Shown in pieces: positions 1-12,866 of a stretch of 64,000 nt of DNA. The stretch is from Octopus vulgaris. Lineage: Eukaryota. Positions within the stretch are counted from its first letter, which is position 1. Each line of letters begins with the position of its first letter. The notes beneath the pieces are model-generated. The model was given only the letters and a program-made list of their open reading frames with translations, was not told the origin of the DNA and ran no database searches. The translations under genes and the position numbers were made by a program. The stretch lies in NCBI GenBank assembly GCA_951406725.2, contig OX597833.1, positions 25,048,001 to 25,112,000 of the forward strand. Direction: 5' to 3'.

Positions 1-1487
1 CCGTTTCAGCACTGGGGACGAATACCCTTCTAAAACTACTGACCTTGGGTTGAAAACTGAAACCACGTAATATGCAGTGGTCAGTGTGAGGCTAAATCAA
101 ACATGGCGAAGCTTGAATGATCTGTTTTTGTTGTTACCGTTTTGTTTCTGAATGTTTTTTTATTCCTTTTTTGATATTCGCGCACAGTTTGGTAGGGAAC
201 AGTTTTACGTTGTACGAGTCGTGCTTGCGCAGTGTCATGCTTAGGAAGTATGGTGTTTAGGCAGTGTGATTTTTAGGAGAGTTTTGCGAAAGAGAGAGGG
301 AGAGACGGAAAGAGAGAGAGGAGAGAGAGCGAGAGAGCGAGAGAGCGATCAGATTCACATCGAGAAGGATTGTGGATTATTACAATGGCATGATAAAAGT
401 GTGGGAATAAAAAGTTTTGAGTGTTAGGTGCTTACTAGGGTAGACATGGATTTGGGAGTGAGAAAAATGGTTGGAGTGGGGCAATGGCTTCTGAGGTGTA
501 GAAATGAAGACTGCGTAGGCTAGGAATTCATGACGTGTTAAGGGAAGTGGATGCAAGGGAGAGGAAGTGAGGGTGATGGATTTAGTTGCGTGGAACGAAT
601 GTGTATAGGAGCGAGTGGGGTTTGTTCTCAGTTAGAGCCATAAAGAGCAAGCAGTTGATGTCATAGATGAATGGGATAATGGAACAGGAGAGGAGAGTTT
701 TTGAAAGTGGAATGAAGTGCATAGGGTTTGGGAAAATGGTACAAGGCGGCACGGATTTTCGAAAAGTATTGAGGATAAAGTCCTGTATAAGGAGACAGGA
801 AGTTTTGCAGTGGAGAGGTTATGGAGAAAAAGTGGAGAAGCGATGTAATATATAAAGTTGGAGAGTAGATGAAAGCCACGAAGAATGGGTTGCTGCTTCA
901 GATAAAAATTAACAGATAGCGTGTAACTTGATTGAGCAGGGAGGATGGAAGTTAGAATCAGCTAGGGGAAATGAGAAATTGCTTAAGGAATATGTGAAGA
1001 ATGTGGAGACGCATGCTGGTGGAATAAAAAAAAAGAAGAAGCAAAATGTAAGAAAAATACTCAGATATTACGACAACATTGAATTGGTAAATTGAAAATG
1101 TTGAATACAATATTGGCCAAGATAGATCCAAAATGCGGGGCAAGATCGAATGGTGAGTTGAAAGTACGACAATAAATGAAGAGAAGAGAATGAACTGACC
1201 GGATAAGTTGAGCGTAAAGGTATTAATTAGAATATTAACAATGAGAATAATAAGCAAAGTGAAATTAACATTTTGTTGTTGTTCAGTAAAATATTAACAA
1301 TGTTGAAGCGTCATAGATATTTCGACATTCATCGCCTCTTCAGAAATTTAGATATTTACAAGGAAAATTATAAAGGAACGAAAGACAAAGCAGGAACAGA
1401 GAAGTATATGAATATACATACATTCATGCATGCAAACATACATACTTATACATGCATAAAAACATAAATACACAACATATATGGGTG

Positions 1488-1547
1488 TATGTATGTATGT
1501 ATGTATGTATGTATGTATGTATGTATGTATGTATGTATGTATGTATG
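1488..1547. repeat. (TATG)n microsatellite within a broader TA/TG/CA-rich tract (~1400-2000)
   Basis: Direct tandem tatg units; overlapping ORFs are HTYI/YMYV repeats. Confidence 0.95.
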
Positions 1548-2482
1548 TGAGTGTGCGCGCGCATAATGGCGTACACACACATGTATGTGTGTATATACAT
1601 ATATGAAACATTTGAGTGATAGATAATCGACCCTAAAATCCTCTAGACGTATACATGCATACATACATGCATATATATATATATAAGTATGTGTATGTTT
1701 GTGTTTCTCTATGTGTTTCACTGTTTGTATATATGTATATATATACATATATATATATATATACACATATGTGTGTGTGTATATATATATATTTATATAT
1801 ATGTATATATACACATTCATATATATGTGCGTATGCAACCTTTATTCACTACTATTCATACACACATTCTCACACACATATTCATGCATACATGCATACA
1901 TACTTATATGTATGTGTGTGTGCGCGGGTAAGTGTGTGTGTGTATACATATATACTACACACGCAGAGGAAGAACGAGAGAAAGAGAGAGACAGAGAGAG
2001 ACAAAGAAAGAATGTTTGAGAGATTAAGAGGTAGATTGGCAGTTCGCTAGATAAAAATCGAACATTCACGTAGCATAGAGAAATGACATCACATTTAAGT
2101 TTTTTTGACGGCCTTGCGATTAAGTCGATTAAGAGAAAACGTACAAAGATAGAAGGCACAAGTAGGAAGGCATTGGTGGCAAATTCTTCGAATTACATTA
2201 GTGATGAGCAACTGTCATTCAATGTCATTGAATATGTCGACAGACTTAGCCTAGTGATCTCCGTCTCTCTCTCTCTTTCCTTCTCTTCCATTCTATATCG
2301 CTTTTTCTTTCTCTCTGTTTCTCCTGCATGCCCTGTGTTTCATCCAATGTTTCTTGTAAGAGTATTGCGGATTTCCAATATATCCGCCATTAGTGTTTTG
2401 CCCTTTTACAGAATGTCGGTTAAGACGTGCTATCACCACTCACTAAGTTATAACTGTCGTGGTGTTCTTGGCAACATAAACG

Positions 2483-2538
<56 letters not shown>

Positions 2539-2614
2539 GTCTGTCTGTCTGTCTGTCCGTCTGATTGTTTGTCTCTATGTCTCCCTCTATTTCTATTTGT
2601 ATATCTATATCTAT

Positions 2615-2654
<40 letters not shown>
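2483..2654. repeat. Compound (ATCT)n/(CTGT)n/(TA)n microsatellite
   Basis: Visible tandem units. Confidence 0.95.
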
Positions 2655-2658
<4 letters not shown>

Positions 2659-2770
2659 CCTGCTCGCTTAGCCAGCAAGGTGGCATCATTCGAAGGCTAA
2701 AACAATGCGAATGCATTGTGACCAGCGATGTGTAGCAACATCTGATGGTCGGTCACGTGATCACGTGATA
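2655..2770 (+). mobile_element. 5'-truncated copy (3' half) of tRNA-SINE family B
   Basis: ttggcctgctcgcttagccag...gcaacatctgat...cacgtga matches the 3' half of the longer copy at 49831-50130. Confidence 0.85.
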
Positions 2771-2805
2771 TATATATATGTATACATGATATATATTCAA
2801 AATGT

Positions 2806-3005
2806 GACCGCGTGTGTACCGTTGGTGATTTTTTTCCTTCGTCTTCCCTTCTTTGGATCTTTCCCTTTCCTATGTTTCTGACGAAGAGCTCCGCTCGAAA
2901 AGTTAAACCATCCTTCTTTCCTTCGTTATTGAGCGTCCAATAATACTATACTTGTTCCATGTTCTCGAGTTTTTGTGTTTTCTCTTTGTGTTTTCATGTT
3001 TAGAT

Positions 3006-3010
<5 letters not shown>
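2806..3010 (+). mobile_element. Short non-coding Penelope-like (PLE)-derived element carrying a hammerhead motif (family H1)
   Basis: Homologous along its length to 44380-44596; pyrimidine-rich; TA-rich flanks; contains CTGACGA..GAAA. Confidence 0.7.
2873..2910 (+). ncRNA. Minimal type-I hammerhead ribozyme motif (probably mutated)
   Basis: tgttt-CTGACGA-A-GAGC tcc GCTC-GAAA-A-GTT-aaac; stem I gttt/aaac, stem II 4 bp; C15.2 is A in this copy (GAAAC in the sister copy). Confidence 0.7.
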
Positions 3011-3055
<45 letters not shown>

Positions 3056-4884
3056 TAGTGTGTGGATATTGAACCAGCAAGGGGAAGCTGCTGACCTCCC
3101 CTGTTTGAAGGTTGTAATGGACACAGGTTTGTGTGTCACATAACTAGCTAGAGACGATGGCCCCTTAAAGCTAATCAACGGCAGCATTCATCCTATTTTC
3201 CTGGAATGCTATGTTAGCTTGGCGATAACTATTAATATATATATATATATAAATGAATAGATGCATTGTAAATAAACAACGACAGATAACAAACATATAC
3301 GTATAAGACCAAGAGGGTCTCTAATTCTTCATCAATTATCAACCAGACTGGTAATACTCAGTTTTGAACCTTTAATGATGAGACTGAAGGGCGTCCCAGC
3401 TTGACAGTGCCTGTGAAAGACGCAGAGAATCGGACCTCAAGCAATCGAAAGGCCTTAGATTGGACATACGAAAGTAAAAAATGTAGGTTGAAAGACAGTC
3501 ATTGGTTTCAAATTTAACCAATATTTTGCCATTAATGATACTGAAATTCAGATTTGTCTTTTATATCTGAACCTTCAGCATCACGCAGGAACAAAAATAA
3601 TGAATCTTCTAATATTCACCTTGAAGAACGTGCACCTCGCATAGAACGTATAGAAATTCTAAACAAAAGCGAAGAAATGATGAAATATAGGTACGAAATT
3701 TCCTAACAACTGTATAAATTTATAAGCAATGAAATTTTGTCGTGCAGAAAGTCGCACCTCTTTTCACTTAAACAAGTAAAAAGAAGATTGAATATAGATA
3801 AACATATGTATTTAGTATCAGGTATAACTGATCTGGAACAGCCACGGGATGGTTATGACTGTGAAGCTTTATGCAATTTATCTGTTTGGCAAAGTTTGAC
3901 TAGTGATTTAGAAATAGCAAGAACAATGCATACAATATATAAAGTAAAAATGGCGAGCAAAAGGATGGTAGCGGAAATAAGGAAGAAAGATAACCATTAA
4001 TTCAATTACTTTTGTAATCTTACACACCAAAGGGAATAATGCAATATATATAGGGAAATATCGTTTCGAGTACAATAAGCAAATAAGTACGAAACTAAAT
4101 GGTATTTCTAATACTATAGACATTTGAGGAAGCGATTTTAGAGATTGTCATGCCAGAAAACTTCTGAAAGGAACCGATTCATTTATATATCGTTCGCAAG
4201 GCGAAATTATATCCTCTTTCTCAATGAAAAATTTGGTGGCTTCAGCTTCCAAATTTGCCCTTGTGTTATATCAGTGCTACGTTTGATGTATTATTTTATG
4301 ATGATTTAGTCACTTAGAGTAGCACGACATGCCATAATCTAATTTTGTTATAAATATTAAAGAATCGGAAAAAGTGAGAATTCAAAAAATTATATTATAA
4401 AACTCTGTATTCTGTACAGGGAATGTCCTTCACATTATCACCCCCTATCATTTCAGTAACAAAAAAGAAAGATGCATTAAATAATGTGACCTTAGATCGA
4501 GTATTTGGTCAGGGCAGGTTGTATTTGATACTTGAATTATGTAATCCACTACAACCGTTCACGTGATCTGGTAATCTTTGAACTAAGCTGATTTCTAATC
4601 TGCTTTGTTTGATGAGGTGCTCATGGAGGTTCCATGAAAATTAAAACTAAAACTACACGACGATTGGAAAGGGATTACAAATGGGTCCAGTAAAATGGGT
4701 AGACCAATATATATTCCTGAGGATTTCATAGCACCGAGTTCAATTACTAAATTACATATGTGCTAACAGTGACGATGTTACTATTAAACAGTTAGCGGTA
4801 CATACATGCACGCGCACGAATTAACTCATATACTCACAAAAACACTATCACACATACAAATATAAATGTAATTAATATTTTATT

Positions 4885-5065
4885 TTCTTCAGTTTCAATT
4901 ATTGGACTGCGGCCATTCTGTGGCACAACTTTGAAGGGTTTTAGCCGAAAAAATTCTCAACACTACATTTACATTTTAAGACTGGTACTTCTGTCGATGT
5001 CTTATGGTGTACCACTAACTTACGAAGACGTAAATAAATCAGCCGATGTCAAGCAAGGATGTAAG
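4885..5065 (-). mobile_element. Degenerate 3' part of tRNA-SINE family A
   Basis: gtttcaattattggactgcggccattctg...gccgatgtcaagc resembles the reverse complement of 32620-32820. Confidence 0.6.
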
Positions 5066-6001
5066 GGTAGCAAATTCAACAAAGACACACACGCACGCAC
5101 ACATACGCACACACATACACACACACACACACACACACGCGCGCGCGCACGCACACAAACGCACATACACACATGCAAACGCAAACGCACACGCGAGCGT
5201 ATGAATGATTGTAATCTAACTACACATCAGTAAAAAAGTGCTTCTGAAACGGCTGGAGTGAAACTTTAAAGCATTTGTGTTCATATATACATACATGCAT
5301 ACATACATACATACATACACACACACACGCACAAATGCGTACATACATACATACACACACATACATGCACACACATACATACACACACATATATTAAAGA
5401 TAAAAAGAGAGGACGGAATGTATCAACAAAAGAAATCATATTACCCCAACAATTGTTTCATATTCAAGAGGCAATGCTTCTTGGAATAAAGATTTCGATA
5501 CGATATTGTGTTTAACACATATTTTCTTAACCCCAATTTTTTAAACCTTGCATTGGATTTATATATATATATATTATAGTAATATATATAATCAGGTAAT
5601 CAGATTCAGAAGAAATGTGAGATACAGATATTTATTCCACATGTTTATATGTGTTTCATCATTTTGTAATCAGCATTAAGGCGCTCTGCAGTCATTTAAT
5701 TATCCATAAAGGTATACAGATCTTACTGTATTGTAGCATAATGAATATGATTATTTATTAGAATATTTTAAGCCATTAAATATTTTGTCCTGCCGAATTA
5801 AGCTCGGTCTAGGGTCTATCCAACATATTTTATGATAGAGTTTGCTGTGAGTACTACTTGATTCTTTGAATTTCTATTTGTAGCAGTTATATATATATAT
5901 ACATATATATGTATAAGGTTGAAAAGGAACACACGTGTTGATATGTATAAGGAAAAAAGTCAAGGTAGAAAATGCTAAAATAATTTTGTCATAAAAACAT
6001 T

Positions 6002-6042
6002 TTAGTACCGGTTTCAGTCATTGAGACTTGTTCAACTCTAAG
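6002..6042 (-). ncRNA. Degenerate hammerhead-like motif (UUGAACA core)
   Basis: Minus strand: ttagag-TTGAACA-AGTC tcaat GACT-GAAAC-CG-GTA-ctaa; perfect stem II and palindromic ACCGGT, but core positions 3/8 mismatched. Confidence 0.45.
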
Positions 6043-6835
6043 TATGGAAAACAATTAAATTTTGGAAAAATTGAATGAAAAGTTTATGTACATATTAACA
6101 CACTTCTTTTGATGCATGCGGGAAAATAAGATGATGCGCCTAACATATACTTGAGTTTCAGTTTATTTCTATCAGTTTGTCTTAAGAAGCAGGTGAACGC
6201 CTAAGGGCTCGTAATCTTGTGGAGTCTCTCCGGTCAACAGTGTATGATAATGTTGATTTTTAACTTAACATCTATACCTTATCACGAATCACTGTGGCAG
6301 TTGTAGAGGTTACTAGATAGAGTATAAAGTACGAATGTGGGCAAGAGTTTAAAATGTATTAATCTAATGAGATTGACCAGCCAATTGGCTAACGTACATT
6401 AGGATGCATTCTAAATGCTAGTAGCTAAGTTATCTGACATTTTTGTGAGCAGTACATTATTATCAATCGCAACAGTTCAGAATACTTCTCGTGCTTGCAA
6501 AAGAAAATCCGACATTGGATTTCAGTTTGAAACCTCATCCCGATATCTTGCAAGATTGGGAGAGTTAGTAATGCATACCGTCAGTTTTTCATATGTAGCA
6601 AACGTACATTGCTGTATAGTTTCTTTCACGGCCATTCTTCCCTGCATGTCTAGTTACTGTATCTCAGTGATGGTGAACGAGAACTAAATTTTGGAATTAA
6701 AACAGAGATGAATGTATGTCGATTTACTACTCAAAAAGAGCGATAGCTTTTAAGGAAGTGCGGAAAAGAGGATGGCGAAATGTGCAGTTTCAGCGGTTGA
6801 GAATAATGTTAATGAACTTAGTAACAGATTTTTAG

Positions 6836-6839
<4 letters not shown>

Positions 6840-6905
<66 letters not shown>

Positions 6906-6916
6906 ATGTGTATATG

Positions 6917-6975
<59 letters not shown>
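6840..6975. repeat. (TA)n/(TG)n microsatellite
   Basis: Visible tandem units. Confidence 0.95.
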
Positions 6976-6978
<3 letters not shown>

Positions 6979-7155
6979 AAAAAAATAAGTTGGCTAGCAG
7001 CAAGCTGTTTCGCCTCATACCGAAGGAATTAGAAATGGCAGTCAAAGACCGTTTTTTCCATTTCTATAAGTGGAAGATTCCAAAAACGAAGGCCCTTGCG
7101 GCTCACATACACAAAACCGGAGTGGCAAATATACGAATTCAGTCACTTACCGTTA

Positions 7156-7227
7156 ATAGCGAACACGGTGTTTCTGGATCACAAACATATAAAAAAAGGG
7201 GAGTTTGAATTCCTTCTTCAGCGCTAT
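7156..7227 (-). ncRNA. Type-I hammerhead ribozyme motif (inverted copy of 7528-7598)
   Basis: Reverse complement of the motif at 7528-7598. Confidence 0.75.
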
Positions 7228-7527
7228 ATTCGTTAGCTTTATCAAATGCCACCAGCCCTCACTTCTGTCCCAGCGACATCAGATAGTGGGGGGAAGTGCG
7301 CAGATGTTAAAACCAAGTAACGACTGGGAACGTAAATTTTCCCTCCAAAATTCTGCCATGCGCGCCTTCTGGGTAATCGTAATGGAATGAGGAATCCACA
7401 TGGTAATACAATAAAAATGGTAAATAATTTTCCTGTGGTTTTTCATGTAACCAACAATTATTTACCGGTAAATTTCGGTATGTAAATACGACAAAATAAT
7501 TGTCAAGACCTTTGTAAGGTTCAGTAT

Positions 7528-7598
7528 ATAGCGCTGAAGAAGGAATTCAAACTCCCCTTTTTTATATGTTTGTGATCCAGAAACACCGTGTTCGCTAT
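7528..7598 (+). ncRNA. Type-I hammerhead ribozyme motif with extended stem II
   Basis: ATAGCG-CTGAAGA-A-GGA att CAAAC..loop..GTTTG tga TCC-A-GAAAC-ACCGT-GTT-CGCTAT; 6-bp stem I, GUU triplet, A.A at 10.1/11.1. Confidence 0.75.
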
Positions 7599-7895
7599 TA
7601 ACGGTAAGTGACTGAATTCGTATATTTGCCACTCCGGTTTTGTGTATGTGAGCCGCAAGGGCCTTCGTTTTTGGAATCTCCACTTATAGAAATGGAAAAA
7701 ACGGTCTTTGACTGCCATTTCTAATTCCTTCGGTATGAGGCGAAACAGCTTGCTGCTAGCCAACTTATTTTTCTTTACTATATACTGAACCTTACAACGG
7801 TCTTGACAATTATTTTGTCGTATTTACATACCGAAATTTACCGGTAAATAATTGTTGGTTACATGAAAAACCACAGGAAAATTATTTACCATTTT

Positions 7896-7967
<72 letters not shown>

Positions 7968-8107
7968 GTTAATCCATGTACGCCTATGAAGATTTACTAA
8001 CATACTTTCCCAGTGATACTCGGTTTACCTACCATTATAGAAAGTACCAAATGTTTTTTCTCAAACCTTTTATAATGAGATACAAGTCTTTGGTGTAGCA
8101 ATTGTAC

Positions 8108-8200
8108 GCGGCTGAAGAAGGCTTTTGAACTATCTGTTATGTCGATTATGCATTGATGTAAGAATAAGTTGTTCTACAAAGCCCGAAACATATGTACCGC
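8108..8200 (+). ncRNA. Type-I hammerhead ribozyme motif with long stem II
   Basis: GCGG-CTGAAGA-A-GGCTTT tGAAC...GTTC tac AAAGCC-C-GAAAC-ATAT-GTA-CCGC; stem I GCGG/CCGC, palindromic ACATATGT stem III, GUA triplet; in a ~270-bp island between TA tracts. Confidence 0.75.
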
Positions 8201-8665
8201 AACATCTTTTGTGTCCTGTTTTTCATTTATTTCATTTGATACATATATATGTATATATATACATATATATATATAAATGTTTATATATATATGTATATAC
8301 ATACATATATAGATATATATATAATACATAAACCACGCGCATACACATACATACATACATACATACATACATGCATACATGCATACACTGTTGTTGATGC
8401 TGAAATTCAAATGGAGGAACCTTGGATCGAGGTTAGAAACCGGCTCTTTCTCTATTGGAAATAAAACTGATCACTGACATACATACACACATACGTATAT
8501 ATATATATGTTATATTTGGATGCGCAATGCAAGTGATATTTTGTGTAGATTATGTCTAAGTTGGTGTATATATGATGTATAATAAAACTGTTTTTATTTT
8601 TTTTATGTTTGATGTAGTCAATACGATTGAGACACAATTTGATGATTGATAATTGATAAGTTTAA

Positions 8666-8880
8666 GGCGATCTGTTGACGGAATCGTTAGCACACCGGGC
8701 AAAATATTTAGAGGCATTTCATTCGTCATTACTTTCGGAGTTGAAATTCCGCCGAGGCCGACTTTGCTTTGCATCTTCTCGGGGTCGATAAAATAATTAT
8801 CAGTCGAACGCTGGGTCGATGGTAACGACTAGCCCCCTCCCTTGAAATTACTGGCCTTGTGACAAAATGTCAAACCAATA
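8666..8880 (+). mobile_element. SINE family C (gccgaggtcgactttgcctttcatcc...gggtcgataaaataagtac core)
   Basis: Homologous to the three copies at 51270-51900 and the minus copy at 26835-27048. Confidence 0.75.
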
Positions 8881-8959
8881 CTTGATATGTTTAGTATCCA
8901 TTTAATTATGAAATGATGTTAATTTTTAGTTTGATGTATGATTCAATTGGCGTGAAGTC

Positions 8960-9290
8960 GCATGTTTGGAATGGTTGATCCTTAATTTGTCATTTGGGAT
9001 GTTTGATGTTTGAGATGGTTGGCTTTCAGATCGTTATTTCACATATTTAATGATCGAGGAGCCTGCCGTTTAGTCTGCTATATGGAATGTTTGATGTTGT
9101 AGATGGTTTGCGTCTAGTTTGTTGTTTAAAATGTGTAATGATTAATATAGTTTGTGTTCAGTTTGTAGTTTCAAATGTCTCATGTTCGAAATGATTGACA
9201 TCCAGTTTATCGTTTGAAATGTTTGAGGATAGAAATGGTTGGCATCCAGTTTGTTGTTTCAAATGTTTGATACTTTCCATACTGTTTGGT
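8960..9290. repeat. Degenerate minisatellite of ~45-bp units
   Basis: Recurrent tgtttga-aatggttggcatccagtttgttgttt-like units. Confidence 0.5.
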
Positions 9291-10559
9291 GTCCTGATTT
9301 TATGTGTATGTGGCTGGTGTCCAGGTTAAAGTAGATGTCTGATGAAGCACATGTGCAGTGGTATCCTGTCTAATGTCTCGTTTGAAATAGATTCACATTG
9401 GCTTTCATCGTGGAATTTGATACGTATATGTACAGATAAATATTTTCGTTTCAACCGAGTAATACAAGTTGCCTGGTGCACTCATTTCACTAGAATATTC
9501 GCGTGTCAAAGAAAGAGAATATTATTCTTATGCAAATTAGCAAAAACAAAAACAAGAAAGAACACAAAAAAGACGGCCATATCTAATCAATTGTTCTGTT
9601 AGAATGTGTTTTTAAAGTAATGCAGTTTCTACAAGATGCCTGCAGGCTTTCGGTGAAGTGAAAAGCTGGCGCCAGTTCTATCAGTTCACTGAAAGAATAT
9701 TTGAAGCGTCGAGCTTCAAGAAAATTGGAAATTCAATATGCAATAGAGATTGAACATAAAAATATCACATATGATTATAATGAAAATGAGAAAGAGTGAG
9801 AAGACGATGTGCATATACGTTCATATGTGCACATACATTACATTCATTTATATAGGTAGATGCTAATATGTTTACATATACATATATCTATGTATGGATA
9901 TATATGTATATATATGTAAGTATATATATATATAAATATATATATATATACTTACATATCTCTCTCTCTCTATATATACACAAACATACAGACATATACT
10001 CATATATATATGTATGCATATATATCTATATATATATGGATGTATAGATAAATACAAAGATTTTGAGAGAGAGGTATTCAAGAAAAATGAATAAGGGAAC
10101 AAAGATATACGAAGATAAAATGGAGAGCCAAGAAGAAATCAGATAGGAATATATGAACATCTGTGTGTGCATAAGTGTGTGCGTGTGCACGTATATATAT
10201 ATGTGTGTATGCATGTGTGTGTGAATATATATATATATACACATATATATATTTGTATTAACGATATGTATATATAAATACACGGACACACATGTATATT
10301 GCCATGAGGCAAAGGTGCCTGTAAATTCCGAATAGTATTCAATGCGCTTGTTCTAGAGTATAATATATACGTACATATATACATACATACAACATGCATA
10401 AACACATACATATATGTATGTGTGTATGTATGTATGCATATATGTATGTATGTAAGCATTAGGTATGTATGTATGTATGTATGTATGTATGTATGTATGT
10501 ATGTATGTATACAAATACCTTTTGCAAACGTAGACCTTCTGTTAAGAAACTATAAAAGT

Positions 10560-10692
10560 TAATATCTGTGTGGTAAATGATTTCGAGCTTAAGATCGACT
10601 GCCTGGCTCCTTGGGCAATTGCCTCCTGTTATAGCGCCAGGACAACTGAAACCTCACAAATGGATTTGGTAGCTGAAACTTAAAGAAGCTTG
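10560..10692 (+). mobile_element. Degenerate 5' half of SINE family A
   Basis: ctgtgtggtaaa...ccttgggcaa...tggatttggtag..gaaact..aagaagc motifs. Confidence 0.55.
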
Positions 10693-10738
<46 letters not shown>

Positions 10739-10886
10739 CTCTTTCTGGCTCTCTGTTTCCCTGTCTGTCTGTCTCTCTCACTATCTCTATGTATATATAC
10801 ATATGCATATATGTATGTAGACATACACACACAAACGCGTAAATATACACAGACACACACATATATATATATATGTGTGTGTGTGT

Positions 10887-10926
<40 letters not shown>

Positions 10927-11624
10927 TCGCATGTCTGGATGTACGTATATGGGTGTGTGTATATATGACACGGAAACAGTTACTTGATTTATGGATAAAT
11001 GATATAAAGAGACAAAAAACAAAATTAAATAAAATGCTACAATCGAAAAAGCTGTGATTACAGGAGAATGAAAGCAACTATGGAACATAATTAGCGAAAA
11101 CTAAAAATGAAACACGCAATTGTAAAACTATAGAAATTAACATCAATTGGAGGAACCACAATTGCTACTATACATATTTACATGTGAGATTATATAAAAG
11201 TAATGTGCGACAACATAACGCCCTCATATGCTGAAATAAAAACTGTTCAGAAATTCAAAAATTCACAACAAAATGAAGTGAATTACTATAGAACACTTGC
11301 AAACTATGACAATGGACGAACAGACCAGAATAGACCAAGGGAAATAGTGTAACAATAATATCAGACCTGTCGACAACTAAAAGCTTTCCTTGTGACAAAA
11401 TAGAAACGAAAGGCACTATAAATGATTCAGAAAGCAACATTTCCAACCTATAAGGAAAGAAAAGAGAAAGATTTGATGAAATTCTAAAATAATAGATCCA
11501 AAAATTCTATTATTTACTGCGTTGAAGCCTATTTAATTCTTGGACCAACATGAAACACAGCAATAAGGCAATTCGAAATAATTGTGAAACCATTGTGAAA
11601 ATTGTGGCCTAGTTTATTCAATAA

Positions 11625-12820
11625 AATATAAATGAGTAACAAAGACGTACAGGTTACAATTCATTACGGCTGTTTCAAGCGGCTCCCTAAATTGATTAAT
11701 GAAAACATTACATCATTTGAAAGAAACCGTCCTCTTCAGATGACCTCATAGACTTCAAACATAAAGGATACAATAATTTCCTTACCATATTCACATCAAT
11801 AATGTGTTCACTTGCCCAAATTGGTTTAAGTTGTGTATCCAGATGTACTCCTTTATACATTTCGTTTAGCTCTAATTTAATCATCCTATATATTGGATAC
11901 CATCTTTTACGATATCTTATTTTATCCACACGTAATGAAGAGAATAGTTTTTAGATTAGTTTAAAATATACAATGTATTTCTATTCATATGATAATTTAA
12001 TCCCATTATACACTCATTATAAATTGTTTTTATCATGATCTTCTATACACCATGTTTTAGAAAAATCTCAATAGTTTTTCTTATATATTGAAGCATTCTA
12101 TTATTAGGTTTATATTAATTTAGATTTTCTCAATTTAATATTATATTTCACTACCCACTGTATCCTTCAATTCTAAATTCCACCCCTAAAGTTTATATTG
12201 CTTAACCCTTTTGATTTTCCATTATATTCCCCTTTAATATGATAATCAAAATAAGTAGTGACCGCACCTATCCTTCTTTATTCCATTTATCACCCCTTCT
12301 CCGCCAGGCATTCCCCTACTATTCACCATGCAGCCTGTCCTTTTATTTAGATAAAGCTAGATATATGGTTCCCGGAGATTGAGAATCTAGCAGATTGTCT
12401 GATATTAACTGATTTATCACCATTAACTAGAACTCAGTTGATAACTCAAAATAGATTTGATTCAAGATGATTGAAGACTACATTCTACATAAAATCTTCT
12501 AAATATAAGTAACTATGTCACCATTCTTTATCCTGACTTCTAATATTTCTTTTGCCAGTCTCTAAATTATAGTAGATTTAACAAGGTATGCATCATTTTC
12601 TAAACTCATTCTGCCACAGACAAAAGAAACAATATAAATATTTTGAGTTCCCTTATTGATGTGAATATGCTAAGGAAATGGCTGTATCCTTTATATTTGA
12701 AATCTATGCGGTCATCTGAAGTGGACGGTTTCTTTCAAATGATGTAATGATAAATTAAAGAGGTAACTTGAAACGGCCGTAATGAATTGACACCTGTACA
12801 TCTTTGTTACTCATTTATAT
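11625..12820 (-). mobile_element. Decayed 5'-truncated Penelope-like element with an inverted copy of its 3' end
   Basis: Diverged inverted arms at 11625-11802 and 12653-12820; minus-strand remnants NLREPY, RCGHY and QYIRKT (YIG.T-like); GAAAC-GGCC-GTA half-hammerhead in the arm. Confidence 0.6.
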
Positions 12821-12832
12821 ATTTGTATATAT

Positions 12833-12866
<34 letters not shown>

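Larger units (their letters stand above)
6976..7899. mobile_element. Hammerhead-bearing non-coding element with nested inverted duplication (A-x-B-A'-B'), probably PLE-derived
   Basis: 6976-7229 is the reverse complement of 7526-7775; 7410-7531 is the reverse complement of 7778-7899; arms near-identical; (TA)n on both sides. Confidence 0.85.

Noticed and set aside
38-85. actgacc..TTGAAAA-ct-GAAAC-cac-GTA..ggtcagt hammerhead-like string
   Set aside because: No stem II and no adjacent stem I pairing
360-1260. Purine-rich stretch that may be a decayed retroelement on the minus strand
   Set aside because: No diagnostic protein motif recognisable by eye
1348-2159. Many ORFs rich in YI/HT/CV repeats (here and throughout the window)
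   Set aside because: They are translations of TA/CA/TG microsatellites that lack stops by construction
5640-5680. Minus-strand ctgatta..gaaacacat motif
   Set aside because: Core mutated and stems I/II not convincingly paired
8410-8450. aacct..aggtt-agaaaccgg hairpin resembling a hammerhead 3' half
   Set aside because: No CUGANGA-like box and no NUH/stem I
8960-9290. Possible CRISPR-like repeat array
   Set aside because: Degenerate tandem units without unique spacers in a eukaryotic context; a minisatellite
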